Translations under genes and position numbers: made by a program
In this document: positions 1 to 11,636 of the stretch, piece by piece
Position numbering within the stretch: the first letter of the stretch is position 1
Layout: each line of letters begins with the position of its first letter
The notes under the pieces: generated by a model
Seen by the model: the letters and a program-made list of their open reading frames with translations, nothing else
What the model was told of the DNA's origin: nothing
Databases searched by the model: none
Assembly: GCA_047495785.1 (NCBI GenBank)
Contig: JBLDXI010000013.1
Location: 4,402,001-4,466,000, forward strand
Direction: 5' to 3'
From: Lepidodermella squamata
Taxonomy: Eukaryota; Animalia; Gastrotricha
DNA length: 64,000 nucleotides

Positions 1-2773
1 GGGCTCGCTCGACCTGTAACGATACGTCGCCGGTCTGTGAAGGACAGAGCAGATGAGATTATAGCTATTTTTGTTATTTTCATGCATACCCTCCCGTGCA
101 AGTGAAGCAAGTCTGACCAGCATCTATGAAAGTACCATTAGCGACAACGCTCATCCACCAGCCACCTCCCAAAAATGTCGAGACAGTGAAAGCGGTATAA
201 TAGCTGTAGGTTCCAGCAAGGACGGTACTGTACTGGGAAGGCAGGCACGATGCCTGCGAAAATACAACTCGGCATGAATTTGAAATTTGATGCAAGAAAA
301 TTGTTTCATACATCGTTATAGTTCTGCACGCATATCTTATATTTGTTAGCTTCATTGCTGATGAAACCGTTGTAGTAAAGAGCTTGATAAGAGCCAGCAG
401 ATCTGATTTGCTTGAAAAAATTCCATCGCTCTGTAGGACAACATTAATTTTCAAAGCTTTCATGCTAGTTGGCATTACGCATTATTTGAGTCCACGTTGT
501 TACGGCTGTAGAAGATGGCGCTAAAGCCTGAACAGCCATGTTAGCCGTCAGTGATCCAGTGTAGGTCCAGTAGAGCAACGGCTCCGTGCTAACTGGTGGG
601 TTGTAAACCTCGATCACCGCTGAAGTAAGGCTATCGAATCGAAACTATAATAGAACAAATGCTTTCCTATTTCGAATAGCTGGGTTATCTATAAAAACGT
701 TGCCTTCTTCAAGCCGGGGGTATTGCAGCCGCAAAGAATCAGTTTTTCGCTGGTTGGATCTTTGCAGACGCAAGTCGATCGTCGAGCGATCATCAATTGC
801 CCAGCGCGATGCGTGAAAGTGGCACATCTCGTGCTTGAGGTTTCGCTTTTTAAAACCAGCTGAGTCACGGAGCCACTCGCCATCAGTTGCACGCACCAAG
901 TTGAAGAGACAATGAGCGCGAAATCTGCGAAATCGTAATAAATAGGATTTGTTGCTTTTTACTTCGGAGGGGATATTCGTACTTGAACGGCTTTCCGGTT
1001 ACGTAATATTTGAAATTTTTTGGCCATAATAATGACTCCAAATATTTGAACCACTAAAACTGAGGTTTCAGCACTAAATTGTTCATAGTCTTTGAGATTC
1101 CAGCATTTTCGTTTTTTGATCGATACTGATGCCCTCCCTCCCCGAACCTAGGATTTAACTACCTGGTCCCCTAAGCTACGTAGAAAAAATATCGATGTTG
1201 GGTTCCGAAGTGGCTGATATCGGAAAAATCACTGATTTGTAAAATCGATACTTGGAATCGATATCGACTCTGCAGGCGGAAGTATAACTCGTAAATAGAC
1301 CATTTTTTGCGCAAAATTCCCGAACATGAAGAACTAGCAATTAGGCATGATAACAAAAAAAATCGAGATTCCAGAGAAGACATGAAACTCGAAAAAGCAT
1401 ATTTCAGAGAAATCTAGCTCTGGAATCTCAAATTTGGTGCTGATGGAACTATAAAATTAGAGTGCGCACTTAGCTTACCCTATTATAATCTGATTTTCAA
1501 ACCGAATAAGATTCCTATCAAAGAGGCTGATATCATGATCAAATTTGCTGGCAAAAACCTGAAATTTTAGGGAAGGATACCTGAAAGGCCCCGAACCTTC
1601 CTTATAACACAATTTTTGAAAATAGCGACTGACTCCTGTTTTGCCGGCAAACTTGATTAGACCAAAAGTTATTTTATCCCAGTTTTATACGTGTGAGATA
1701 TGATTCTTGCTCAGTTTTCTCAGAATATAACGTAAACCGGAAGCCGTTCAAGTAAGAATATTAAAAAATGAGAAAACCCTTTTTACTTACCTCCTGATGT
1801 CAGCTGGTTACCGATGTCTAAGCCAATAAATTTAGTCGCATTAGTCTTCGACGCGAAACCTGATACATAACGGAAGAATTGTTGGTAAAAAATACTAAAA
1901 CCAGTTTTAATGTGACCCTGTTTGTAATCCTGCCAGTCCATGCTCGAAAAATCCAAATCGGCATACGCTAAATACCGATAGATCTACTTCAACTTAGTCA
2001 CGGTTAAAAGGGAGAATTTACCCAAACGGCGGAAGAAAACCATACCCACTGTAAATTAAAAAACAGAATACATTGTCATTTTTATATCATTTCCAGTTAC
2101 GATCTGTTTCTCCGGTAGTAAGAACCCTGGAAATATAAATTTTTTGAGATGTTTGGGATTTCCAATTCGAAAATCCCAGTTTTACCCATTTCTGAGATGA
2201 AGTGTGGCATTCGGTGCTCGATAAGCGCATTCTGTTGCGAAGGGCCTCGAGCCGATGTCAAGTTGAAAATTGTAATTTCCCGGACCTTTGCCAGTTCTTG
2301 AAGCTGTAGTACAATCTAAGACGTACAAAATCATTACCAAAATTCGAACGCTCGGTGGAAAAAACTACTTACCCCTGTAGGTGTTCAGCTTACACGGCAA
2401 TGGTTCGCCAAAGACACGCTGAGAACGAAATCGAAGTTCAAAATTTAGTGGGTTTTTAATTATTTCTCACGGAATGATAGTAGTACCAGCCTTGCCTATA
2501 CTCGATACCTTCCCAAAGCTCGTTAGCGTGGCCATAGTTGAGCAAGCAAGTTGAATTGGGCGGGAAATAGGAGAAGGATCGGCACATGTTATTTGCAGTT
2601 TGGTCGCATAGGTAAGCGCATCTCTGCGTGTCGATTCCTGCGATTTGCCGGAACGAATCCGAGGCGATTAGGCGAAAATTGATGCCGCAATTTCGTGGCA
2701 AAAAATAGTCGCCATTGCCATGTGTCGGAGCGGCTAAGCCCAAGACGAGGAAAAACGCCAGTTGCCGTTGCAT
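1..2773 (-). CDS. Secreted PAN/Apple-domain + divergent fibrinogen-related domain (FReD) protein, multi-exon, 3' end runs off the window
   Basis: Signal peptide and PAN cysteine pattern (CAYLC...CRSFSY...CLL) in exon 2773-2471. GT-AG exons 2418-2373, 2315-2186, 2126-2101, 2048-2022, 1967-1917 and 1859-1791 splice in frame. They give RDC..GNY..PFATEC..GMVFFRRL..DFSSMDWQDYKQGFA..FIGLDIGNQLTSG, matching FReD hallmarks (RDC; W.VFQRR; DF...W..YK.GFG; LGLD....LT). GGGWW occurs near 150-170. Exons below 924 are less certain. Confidence 0.75.
973..1762. mobile_element. MITE-like insertion with ~40-bp terminal inverted repeats in an intron of the PAN-FReD gene
   Basis: atattcgtacttgaacggctttccggttacgtaatatt (~973-1010) is the near reverse complement of aatataacgtaaaccggaagccgttcaagtaagaatat (~1724-1761). 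Confidence 0.6.
1037..1420 (+). repeat. Dispersed repeat family, copy A
   Basis: Colinear similarity with 5123-5507 (e.g. ccctaagctacg..gaaaaa..atcgatgttgggttcc, atcgatacttggaatcgatatcg). A partial inverted copy lies at ~10040-10092. Confidence 0.8.
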
Positions 2774-3419
2774 TTTTCGCAGCCTTGGTCAAATCATTTA
2801 TTTCACTGTCGGGAAAGGTTTCTCTAGGGGGAATTCGACGGCAGCTTGCAAAGAATCGCTCGTTCTTTTGATTGGCAGGCGAAAAAAACAAAAACATCGG
2901 CACTAATTTTTCGAAGAAGCGCAACGGCGTTTATGGCTACGGTATTGATCTAGAAGTATCAAGTTAGCTGTTTATCAGCGGAAATCAAATATTGCCCGCA
3001 TATTTAATTAATGAAAATAACGTTCCATTTAGACTGTGATGATTTTGGTAGTTTAGCGAGAATGGAAAATCTTATCCTCGATTTAAGACTAATCAATGCA
3101 ACGTAGTTGGCGCAAATTCGACTCAGTCATTTCATTTTTTTTCAATAAAAAGGAAAAAGGGAAAGGGAAATGCGCAATATTTGCGTTTTTTGAGCAAAAC
3201 TTAACCCTGAATGTGCCGCGTGGACTTTGATCGGACTCCAGTTGATAGCCCTTGATTACAGCAATCGATTGATATATGATGATCCATATTGAACCTCACG
3301 GTTTGACCACTATGACAATTGAAAATATCGCTTATAACGCGTATAATTACTACAATCTCAATTTTTCATCGAACTAAAAAACAAATAAATACTTTTTTCA
3401 ACCGTTGTAAACCACCGTG

Positions 3420-3545
3420 TGATTTGTTGCATATATCAGATTTTTTTCCAATTTTGCTAATTTTCGCAGCTCTGCGTAGTGACAACTGCTTCGTTTGCAC
3501 CTTGTTAATGGCATTTCGCAGGTCTTCTGCAGGAACTTTGTTTAG
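3420..3545 (-). mobile_element. Remnant of a pipsqueak-type HTH (pogo/Tigger-like transposase N-terminus)
   Basis: The translation EDLRNAINKVQTKQLSLRRAAKISKI fits the HTH_psq pattern (EDL..AI..V....S.R.AA...I). No downstream DDE domain is visible. Confidence 0.5.
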
Positions 3546-3932
3546 GTATATCAAATTCTCTATGTGCGAACAAATTTTCAGCCCCAACCGTTCAAAGGTG
3601 AGCGTCTGGCAAGGGGGTCCCAAAACTCCTTTCTGAGAGATCGATCTTTGGCGATTTTTTCAAAAATTGATGGTATATGAGAAAGTGTTGAGAAATTCGG
3701 TACCGCTTAAAAGCCCGAGAAGGGAAATAATTTTCACTAAAATTTGCCAATTTTTTATCAGTTTTGCGCAAATGGATAAGGAACCAAAGCTCATAGGGCC
3801 AAAGCTCATAGTTTCCAAATTTAGGATGTCCAGATTTCAGGCTCATTGCGGTATAATGATACCTCGTTTTTGAATTGGAAACAGTCGATTCCAATTCCAC
3901 TTCAATCCTGTGAATATTTTTGTATTATTCAG

Positions 3933-4747
3933 GGAAAAAGCCGAGTGTCATGAGCCGATCGATGTCTATTCAAGAGTTCATGGCGTTTATCAGGTTTCTA
4001 AAGAGTCGACCGCTAAACCCTGCACGACCACCTTCGAATGTTTATTCGCCGATGACAAATCATCAGTCGTAAAATGTGAGGGGAAAAAAATTGAAATCGA
4101 AACAGACTTTACCGTGATTTTTCATATAGGTCATCCATTAACTGGCAGAACTCATCAAATTCGCGTCCACCTTCAATATTTGGGTCATCCAATCATCAAT
4201 GACCCAATTTACCACAATACGTGTTGGGGGCCGAATTTCGGAAAAAGCGGCGACTATGGCGGCTTTGCGAAAGAAGACATTCTAAATGCGATGGGCGAAA
4301 CGTTTAGTATGAGGAAATGGGTGGACGACGACGGGGATGGCGGGGTCGCTTTGCCTTTCATGCCTCCTGTATCAGGGCCGGAACCGGTGATTTTTCGGGG
4401 AATTTTCCGAATTTTCCCGATTTTATCTGTTTTTTTTTATTCGAAGGTTCCGACCGATGTCACCTCGCCTTATTACGACCACAACTGCGGCTATTGTCAG
4501 TTTATGTTCAAAGACCCTGGTCGAAGTGAATTGTTGTTGTTTCTTCACGCTTTGAAATATGAGGTGAGGCAAAAAATCATTTCGAAAAAGTTCGAAATTT
4601 CAATTTTTTCGATCTTTCCAGGGACCAGATTTTTGTTTCGAAACTCCGCTGCCGTACTGGGCCAAGCCGGATTTTGTTCTCGATGAAGATGATGATGTGA
4701 CGATCCGTGAAGCTAAGGCTAAGCAAAATGCTGTGAAAAGCCAATAA
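3933..4747 (+). CDS. RPUSD2: RluA-family RNA pseudouridine synthase (RPUSD2-like), 3' exons only
   Basis: Exons 3933-4075, 4130-4386, 4447-4563 and 4622-4747 give CHPLTGRTHQIRVHLQYLGHPIINDPIY...LFLHALKYEGPDFCFETPLPYWA. The catalytic HRLD exon was not found in the window. Confidence 0.85.
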
Positions 4748-5122
4748 ATATCCGTTTTTTTATTTTCCGGAAAATAAAATGAGACCATTTTTGAACAGAC
4801 TTGTGTCTTGTTACCTGACAGAAAAAGTAAGAAAAATAAGGAGAGAACGTTTCAAGGTAAACTGCGGATTTTTTCGAACTAGAAGCTGCGACCAAATATC
4901 AAATATCGAACTATTAGGAAAACGAAAACTTTCCAGGTCAAATCAAAATTGCGGGTTTGATATTTCTCGAAATATTTGTCTAGAATGAATCTCAGAATTC
5001 CCACATGCACTCAATTTACCTGCAAGGACCGCAAATTTCTTCCCAGCTCATATTGCCTAATGTTGAGCTAATCAGCGAGTCGGTGAGCAAAGACTGCACA
5101 ATTTTTTTGAAATATTTATGGG

Positions 5123-5507
5123 TCCAAATATTTGCACCACTATAAAAATGTGGTTCCAGCACTAAATTAAGGAGTCCTGGTCTTTGCTATTTCGGCGTTT
5201 TCGTTTTTTGATCGAAACTGATGCCCTCTCTGAACCTAGGCTATTTTTTATTTTAACATTGTGCCCTAAGCTACGCGGAAAAATTATCGATGTTGGGTTC
5301 CAAGACGGCTGATATCGAGAAAATCACTGATGTTTAATATCGATACTTGGAATCGATATCGGCTCTACAAAAGGAAGTATAATTCGTAACCTGACCGCTC
5401 ATAGCGCAAATTACGCGAAATATGAAGGTCTATCAGTTGGGCATGATAACACAAAATTTGAGATTATAGTGGAGACTCGAAAAACTATATCTTTGGGAAA
5501 TCTAGTC
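5123..5507 (+). repeat. Dispersed repeat family, copy B
   Basis: Colinear with 1037-1420. Confidence 0.8.
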
Positions 5508-6202
5508 TCAACTTTAGTCCTGGAACCGTTAATTTACGGTGCGCACCTGGCTCACCCAGCATTTTCTGCTCTTTCATAGATTTTTTTCAAAGAGACAATT
5601 TTTTCATAGATTTACCCGAGCAGGCCTATTAGGGATCTCCGTAGAACCTTTTACCGATAGGGAAACTGGGTTGTTAATAGAGACTGGGGATTATCGTATT
5701 CAGAGGCTTATCGGCATTCGGTCAAAGGTCAAAGTCTGCTTAAAATATGTCTACAATTAGAATAAAATTTGAAGAAGCTTCCATTGAAAAATGTAGGGTT
5801 CGTTTGATCGATACTCGATAAATTAATGGGGCTTCGAAATCATCCGGCTTCTATGCATTTTTGACCGAAATTCGGAGAGCTCATTGGCGGATCTAGGAAA
5901 GTAAGGTTCGTTTAGACATGACGTTATTAAACCTAAAACCCAAGTAATTGAATTTGTTTTAGGCATTACCCCGAGTTGAAAGTGCGTTTCGTAGGGTCGG
6001 CCCCGTGACAGAATTACAATGTACAAAATGATTAAATAATTTACACGCGTCCATTCACGAGAACGCGCTTGCGCAATAAAAACACGCGCCCGACTTTTTC
6101 GCGCGTAAAAAAATCTCAGACTTTCTACTACCTATATTGGCCGTATCAATCAAACGTGAAATTGTATTTTTAATTTTAATTTTAAATTAAACAGCTCTTC
6201 AA

Positions 6203-9200
6203 ATGTTCACGCTTTGGAAGAGCTTCTTCATTCTAGCGCTGGTCTCTGTCGAGACTTTGACCGATTCATTGCCATCGGTGAAAGTGTCCCCCGACTGCTG
6301 CGAGCCTGATCTCGTTTTCATCCTCCAGCAAACCTGCTTCTCGAGCACTGACCTCGACGTCTACCTGAAGCCGTTTATGATCAATGCGATCGCGGCCGCT
6401 GATTACCTGCCCTGTAACGACGTCCGTGGTGCCGTTGTCGAGTACGGCGCTGAGCCGCTGGTCCGCTTTAAGCTGGACGACTACCGCCCGACGTCGGCTC
6501 TCATCGGCAAAATCGCTCGATTCCAGCTGTCGGAGAACCTCGGCGATCCTGCTCGCATGGCCCTCGCCCTGGAAGCGGCTCGCGATGAAGTGCTGACCCC
6601 TGAATATGGCTACCGTCCCAATTCTCCAACTCACGTCATCGTTGTCGTATGTCCTGTTTTAAATTTTATTAAATTAAATTTTTTTAAATTTTTTCAAATT
6701 TTAATGAAAATTTAGAAATTAAATTAAAATCGGGACGTGATTTATATTTTTAGGCTGACACTGATCCGGTCGATTTCGAGCGTGCTATGCAAGCTTCGAA
6801 GGATGTTCAAAAGTTGGCGACCGTCGTCATTGTTGGTGTCGGAAACAGCTACAGCCGCGACAAGTTCCGCGCTCTCGCCACCTCGGACAAGTTCTACTTC
6901 CACGTATTTCAAGAAATTTTGTCATTTTTCAGCGGATTGAAAGTTATTTTTTTCATAGATTAAAGATGCCGAGGGCTTGGCTCACGTTTGCGATCTCCTG
7001 AAAGGCGACTTCTGCCCGACAACCACGACAACATTACGTAATTTTTATGATTAATTTGAGAATTAATTAATGTATTTAACTCGATATTTACAGCCACGAC
7101 AAGTAAGAACTGAATACCCATTTGGTGACTCAATTTTTATGAAAAATTACAGCCACCACGACTACTACGACTACAACTACGACTACAACCCCTAAAACAA
7201 GTAAGCTATTTTTGAAAATAAAATTTAGAAATATGATGAAATATTTTTTAGCGACTACTCCTACCACGACAACGACAACAACCACCGTGCCAGAGACTAG
7301 TGAGTATTTAAATAAAGTTAGTTCTGTACCTAGATTTTGTGCTCCAGCGACTACTGAGGCAACCACGACTGAGGCGACTACCACCGAGGCGACTACTACT
7401 GAGGCGACTACAACTACTACTACCCCCGAGACGAGTGGGAATTTTCCAAATATTTAGCATAAACATCTTAATTTCTCTATACATCTCTAGCCACAACGTC
7501 GACAACTACGACTACAACGACAACAACAACTCCCACTACGAGTAATTTTATGAATTTTTCAATCGTACAGATAATATTATTCAATTAATATTATATCAAG
7601 CCACCACTACAACGACAACACCTCCGCCGAGTGAGAAACCATTTTTCGGAATTTTTTGGATTTTTTGCAATTTTCAAAACTTACAGCGACTACGACTGAG
7701 ACTACGACTCAAGAAACAAGTAATTTTCAGATGGTTTTGAAATGGAAAATAGTATGCTTTTTGTAATTTCAGCGACCGAGGCTACTACCACGCCTACAAC
7801 GAGTAAAATTGTCAGGAAATGCCGTTAATTTCTTAAAATAATTGCGTTAGCCACGACCCCAACTACCACTACAACTACGACCCCAACTACGACTACTACT
7901 ACGACTCCGACTACCACAACCGAGTCAAGTAATATTCGAAGAAATATTTCAGGAATAAATAATTTGCATTCGACTCTTCATTATAGCGACTACGCCCACG
8001 ACAACGACGACTACCACCACCGAAGCGAGTAATATTTGAGATTGTAATTGAAAATCGGAATACTAATTTACTCTCTCCCTTTTAGCTACTACACCAACGA
8101 CAACTACTACCACTGAAGCCAGTAAGATTGGAGATTGCAATTGAACAACTTAAACTTGTAATTGGCGCTCCTTTTTAGCGACTACCCCAACGACAACTAC
8201 GACTACCACCACTGAAGCTAGTAATTACTTGACTTCTCATTTTCTTGGTTGAAATTTTACATACTTTTTCTATTTTAGCGACGACTCCGACAACCAGTAA
8301 TTCGAATGTATTTTCCTTCAAATTCTGAGACTGTTTATCCTTCAGCTACTACGACCACCACTACGACAACGACCCCTGAAACCAGTAATTCATAGATATT
8401 TTTAATGTGGAAAAGTTGCATTTTTTCTTGAATTTCAGCGACTACTGAGGCTACTACCACTCCAACCACGAGTAAGATTGCCAGGTAGCAATTGCGATTG
8501 GTTTGAGCCGAAAAATGATTTATTTAGCTACGACTCCTGAAACAACAACCACCACAACCGAAGCGACGACTACCACCACTACGACTGAAGCGACGACGAC
8601 TCCAACGACTACAACTGAAGCTAGTGAGTTTCGCATTCAGTGTATATTATAGTAACAATCTTCCTTTTCTATAGCAACGACTCCGACTACAAGTATTTGC
8701 GGTTCGAAGTTATTTTTCAGTCAACTGATTATTTTTGCTCGACAGCTACAACTCCGACTACTACAACTACGACTACGCCAACAAGTAAGTTCAAAGATTG
8801 TCTTTAGCCAGTTGACAATTTTTCCCGTTTTTCCATTGATTTTTTGGGATTTTATAATGTAATTTATGACTTGTTCAGCCACTACTACTACAACGCCGAC
8901 GACTACAACAAGTAAATATTTTATAATTAAAAATAATAGTTAAATAATTTTTTTTATTTTTAGCCACAACGCCAACTACCAGTAAGCTTCCGAGTGAAGA
9001 GATTTACACCTTTGCCGAAAATATTCATGCTGATCAATATCTCATAAAATCTTCCTTTCAGCCACAACTTCAACTACCACGCCCACTAGTGATTTCCACT
9101 TTCATTTAATTTTTAATTATTGAGTTGAATGATCGCTATATTTTAACAGCTACCACCACCATTACTGAAGCAACGACAACGACAACCAGTAAGAAAATGA

Positions 9201-11636
9201 GAAATTTAGATGGTACCTGTTCAAATTTCTTCTCACCTAGCCCCAACTACCACCCAGGCTACATCCACTGCTAGTTCAAGTAAGTTTTATTCATCCAAGG
9301 CCTTATAATGAATGTCTAACAAAACTGAAATTTGAACAGCTCTGCCTAACCCGACAACTCCGGCAGACAGTAAGAAAGCCTTATTACGCCCTTATTTTCT
9401 TTCAAAAAACTTTTGTTGCAGCTACCTCCACGCCAAGTAAATTTCGTTCTACCTTTCTAGCCCAGCTACGAAACAAGCGAAAGCCAGAGCTTTTGAAGTT
9501 TAGCGAAAAATCGGTAAAATCGAAATTAGGGGGTCGCGTGAGCTTTTTTGATGATTCGATTGATAATTATAATTATTTTTTAATTGGTTGTTGTATTTTT
9601 GCTATCTGAACAGCGACTACAACGGAGACTCAGCCAACGACAGTGCCCCCGCCGACTGACCTGTGCATGGCTTGTGCTCACCGTCGCAACCACAAGGACC
9701 ACTATGCTGATCCGACCGACTGCCACTTCTTCTACCAGTGCTTCTACTTCAACGAAACGTACGCTATCGGCATCCGCCGCCCATGCCCGCCGCACACTTT
9801 CTGGCATGAAGAAGTCCTTGGGGCAAGTTTTTCATAGAATATAAAATAAATTTCCGAATAAATGATCACAATTTCAAATTTAATTACCGCTTTATATGGG
9901 CAATCAGATTGAAAAATAATTAATTTAATTTAATTCGATTTCAATTTTAATTTTAATTTTTTGTTGAGTTTGCCCAAACTTTAGGGTTACAGCCTTGGAG
10001 ATCTAAAAAAATGGTTTTTCGAATTTCACGTTTTCCGTGCCGTTATCGATTTCAAGTATCGATTTTACAAATCAGTGATTTTTCCGATATTGAGAGTCTA
10101 TGGAGGGAACTCAGAGGCTTAGTCGGTATCATTTATCAACCAGGTAAAGAAGACAATTCGAGAGATTAAAATTCGTGAAAATTTGAAAATTTAAAAGTTT
10201 AGAACCCATTTTTCTGAAAATATATTTACTCGATTTAAATTCCTAAATTTCGAGGTTTTTCTTTAAAGTAATCCGTATGTGAACTTTTTCATTGTAACAG
10301 TGCCTGCTCGAGGGCGAAGTTCCGTGCACGGACATTTGCCGCAGCTTGGACTCTGTCGACGAGAAGAACTGCTACGGCGTCGCCGGGTCTTGCAACCAAT
10401 ACTTCGTATGCTCGAACACAGCCAGCCACGCCTTCTGCTGCCCGCCGAACACGCGCTTCAACAACGAAACTTGCGGCTGCGACGACGACCTGGAATGCAC
10501 GGCTCAATGCGTCCTGCCCGACAAGCCGCTGACGACCGAATTCCCGCCGGTCAAGGTGAACGACACGGTTTGCATCGACTCGTTCGGAACTACCCTCAGC
10601 AGCATCCCTGGCGAGCCGACCTACTACCTGGTCGTCGATAATTCTGACCCTGAAAAGGTTACCTACCAGCGCATGGCTTGCCCGTCCGAAACCACGTTCA
10701 ACGTCGATCTTTGCCGATGTGACGGTGAGGGCACCGTGACGTCGCCGGCCAACCCGAACCAATGCGTTTTGTGGATGCCGTTCGAGACGGATTTCAAGGA
10801 CCACTCTGTCTACAAGTTCACAACCTTCGCTTATGGAGACGGCAGCATGGACGCTAACGTTTCAGCCCACTCGAACACGACCGGCTCTTACCAATTCACG
10901 ATGGGCCGCATCGAAATTCCAGGCCTCAAGACGTTCGACTTCCAAGACAGCGCCACGTTCTGCCTGTTCTTCCGTTGCGAGAGCAGTAACGATACGGCGA
11001 ATGGTAACTACTCATGCGTGCTGCCAGGTGGTTTGTTGTCGAACAACAACGACTCGGCTCTCGTCGATTTCACGGTGCTGTTTGCGACGAATGGCGACAA
11101 CGGCAATTTCGATGCGCGTGTCCGTTTCTGGCACCCGTCCAGCAACAACTGGGTCGCGTCGAACGCCACGGTCACGGATGGCTGGAACCAGGCTTGCCTC
11201 ACCTACAACGGATCTCACGTCATCACCTACGTCAACAACGTAATTTTAAAATTTAAATTTTTTTAATTCATTTTCAAATTTCAAAAAAAAATTTAAATTT
11301 AAAATTTAATTTTTTTTTCATTTTTCTAAATTATTATTTGTTAACATGTTAAAAAATGTAAATATAGTTTTCTTTAGGAATTTCAGATTTTGAAAAAATT
11401 GAATTGAAATTTTTATTTTTTTGCAGAATGTTACCAATGTCTTCGAGACTGAAGGATCGTTCGCTATTGGCCACTGCCCGTACACGCTCGGCAACGACCA
11501 GTACTACGGCAGCTTCGCAGGCCACATGGACGACGTGCTCATCTGCCCGTTCCCGTTCACCGCCGAGGAAGTCAGCTACCACTACTCGGCTAACTATCAA
11601 TACTTCGTCCAGAGTGGCTACATCCCAGCAAATTAA
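6203..11636 (+). CDS. Secreted VWA + Thr-rich mucin spacer + ~3x chitin-binding (CBM14) + LamG/ConA-like protein (Pif/BMSP-like architecture), 31 coding exons
   Basis: Signal peptide, then VWA exons 6203-6646, 6754-6903 and 6959-7037 (DLVFIL..VRGAVVEY..ALEAARDEVL..GYRPN..VIVV..VIVGVG). Next come 25 micro-exons (7094-9436), CBM14/LamG exons 9614-9822 and 10301-11239 (YADPTDCHFFYQC..CPPHTFW; CPPNTRFN..C; CPSETTFN..C), and last exon 11427-11636 (FAGHMDDV). Confidence 0.9.
7094..9436 (+). other. Array of 25 symmetric phase-1 micro-exons encoding a 326-aa Thr/Pro/Glu-rich mucin spacer
   Basis: Exons: 7094-7102, 7153-7200, 7252-7299, 7348-7434, 7491-7541, 7601-7630, 7687-7719, 7773-7802, 7851-7928, 7987-8028, 8086-8121, 8179-8220, 8279-8296, 8346-8384, 8439-8471, 8528-8623, 8675-8692, 8746-8784, 8879-8911, 8964-8981, 9062-9088, 9150-9188, 9241-9279, 9340-9369, 9422-9436. 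Each has the form AG|C...A|GT and a length divisible by 3. Confidence 0.9.

Noticed and set aside
545-580. YWTYTGSLT on the minus strand resembles the carbonic anhydrase YxGSLTTPP motif
   Set aside because: No TPPC continuation or zinc-binding histidines. It lies in frame within the FReD gene model.
8808-8810. Possible 3-nt micro-exon ag|CCA|gt inside the 94-nt intron of the array
   Set aside because: It fits the C...A rule, but the upstream intron would be 23 nt (others are 48 or more) and the donor GTTGAC is weak. It is only possible as a mutually exclusive exon, so it was not counted.
7094-9436. Repeat-spacer appearance suggesting a CRISPR array or simple microsatellite
   Set aside because: The units vary in length and sequence and are bounded by AG/GT splice sites in a eukaryotic gene. 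There are no cas genes.
9461-9490. Possible extra cassette after ttctag (cccagctacgaaacaag)
   Set aside because: No GT donor in phase, and the preceding intron would be 24 nt.
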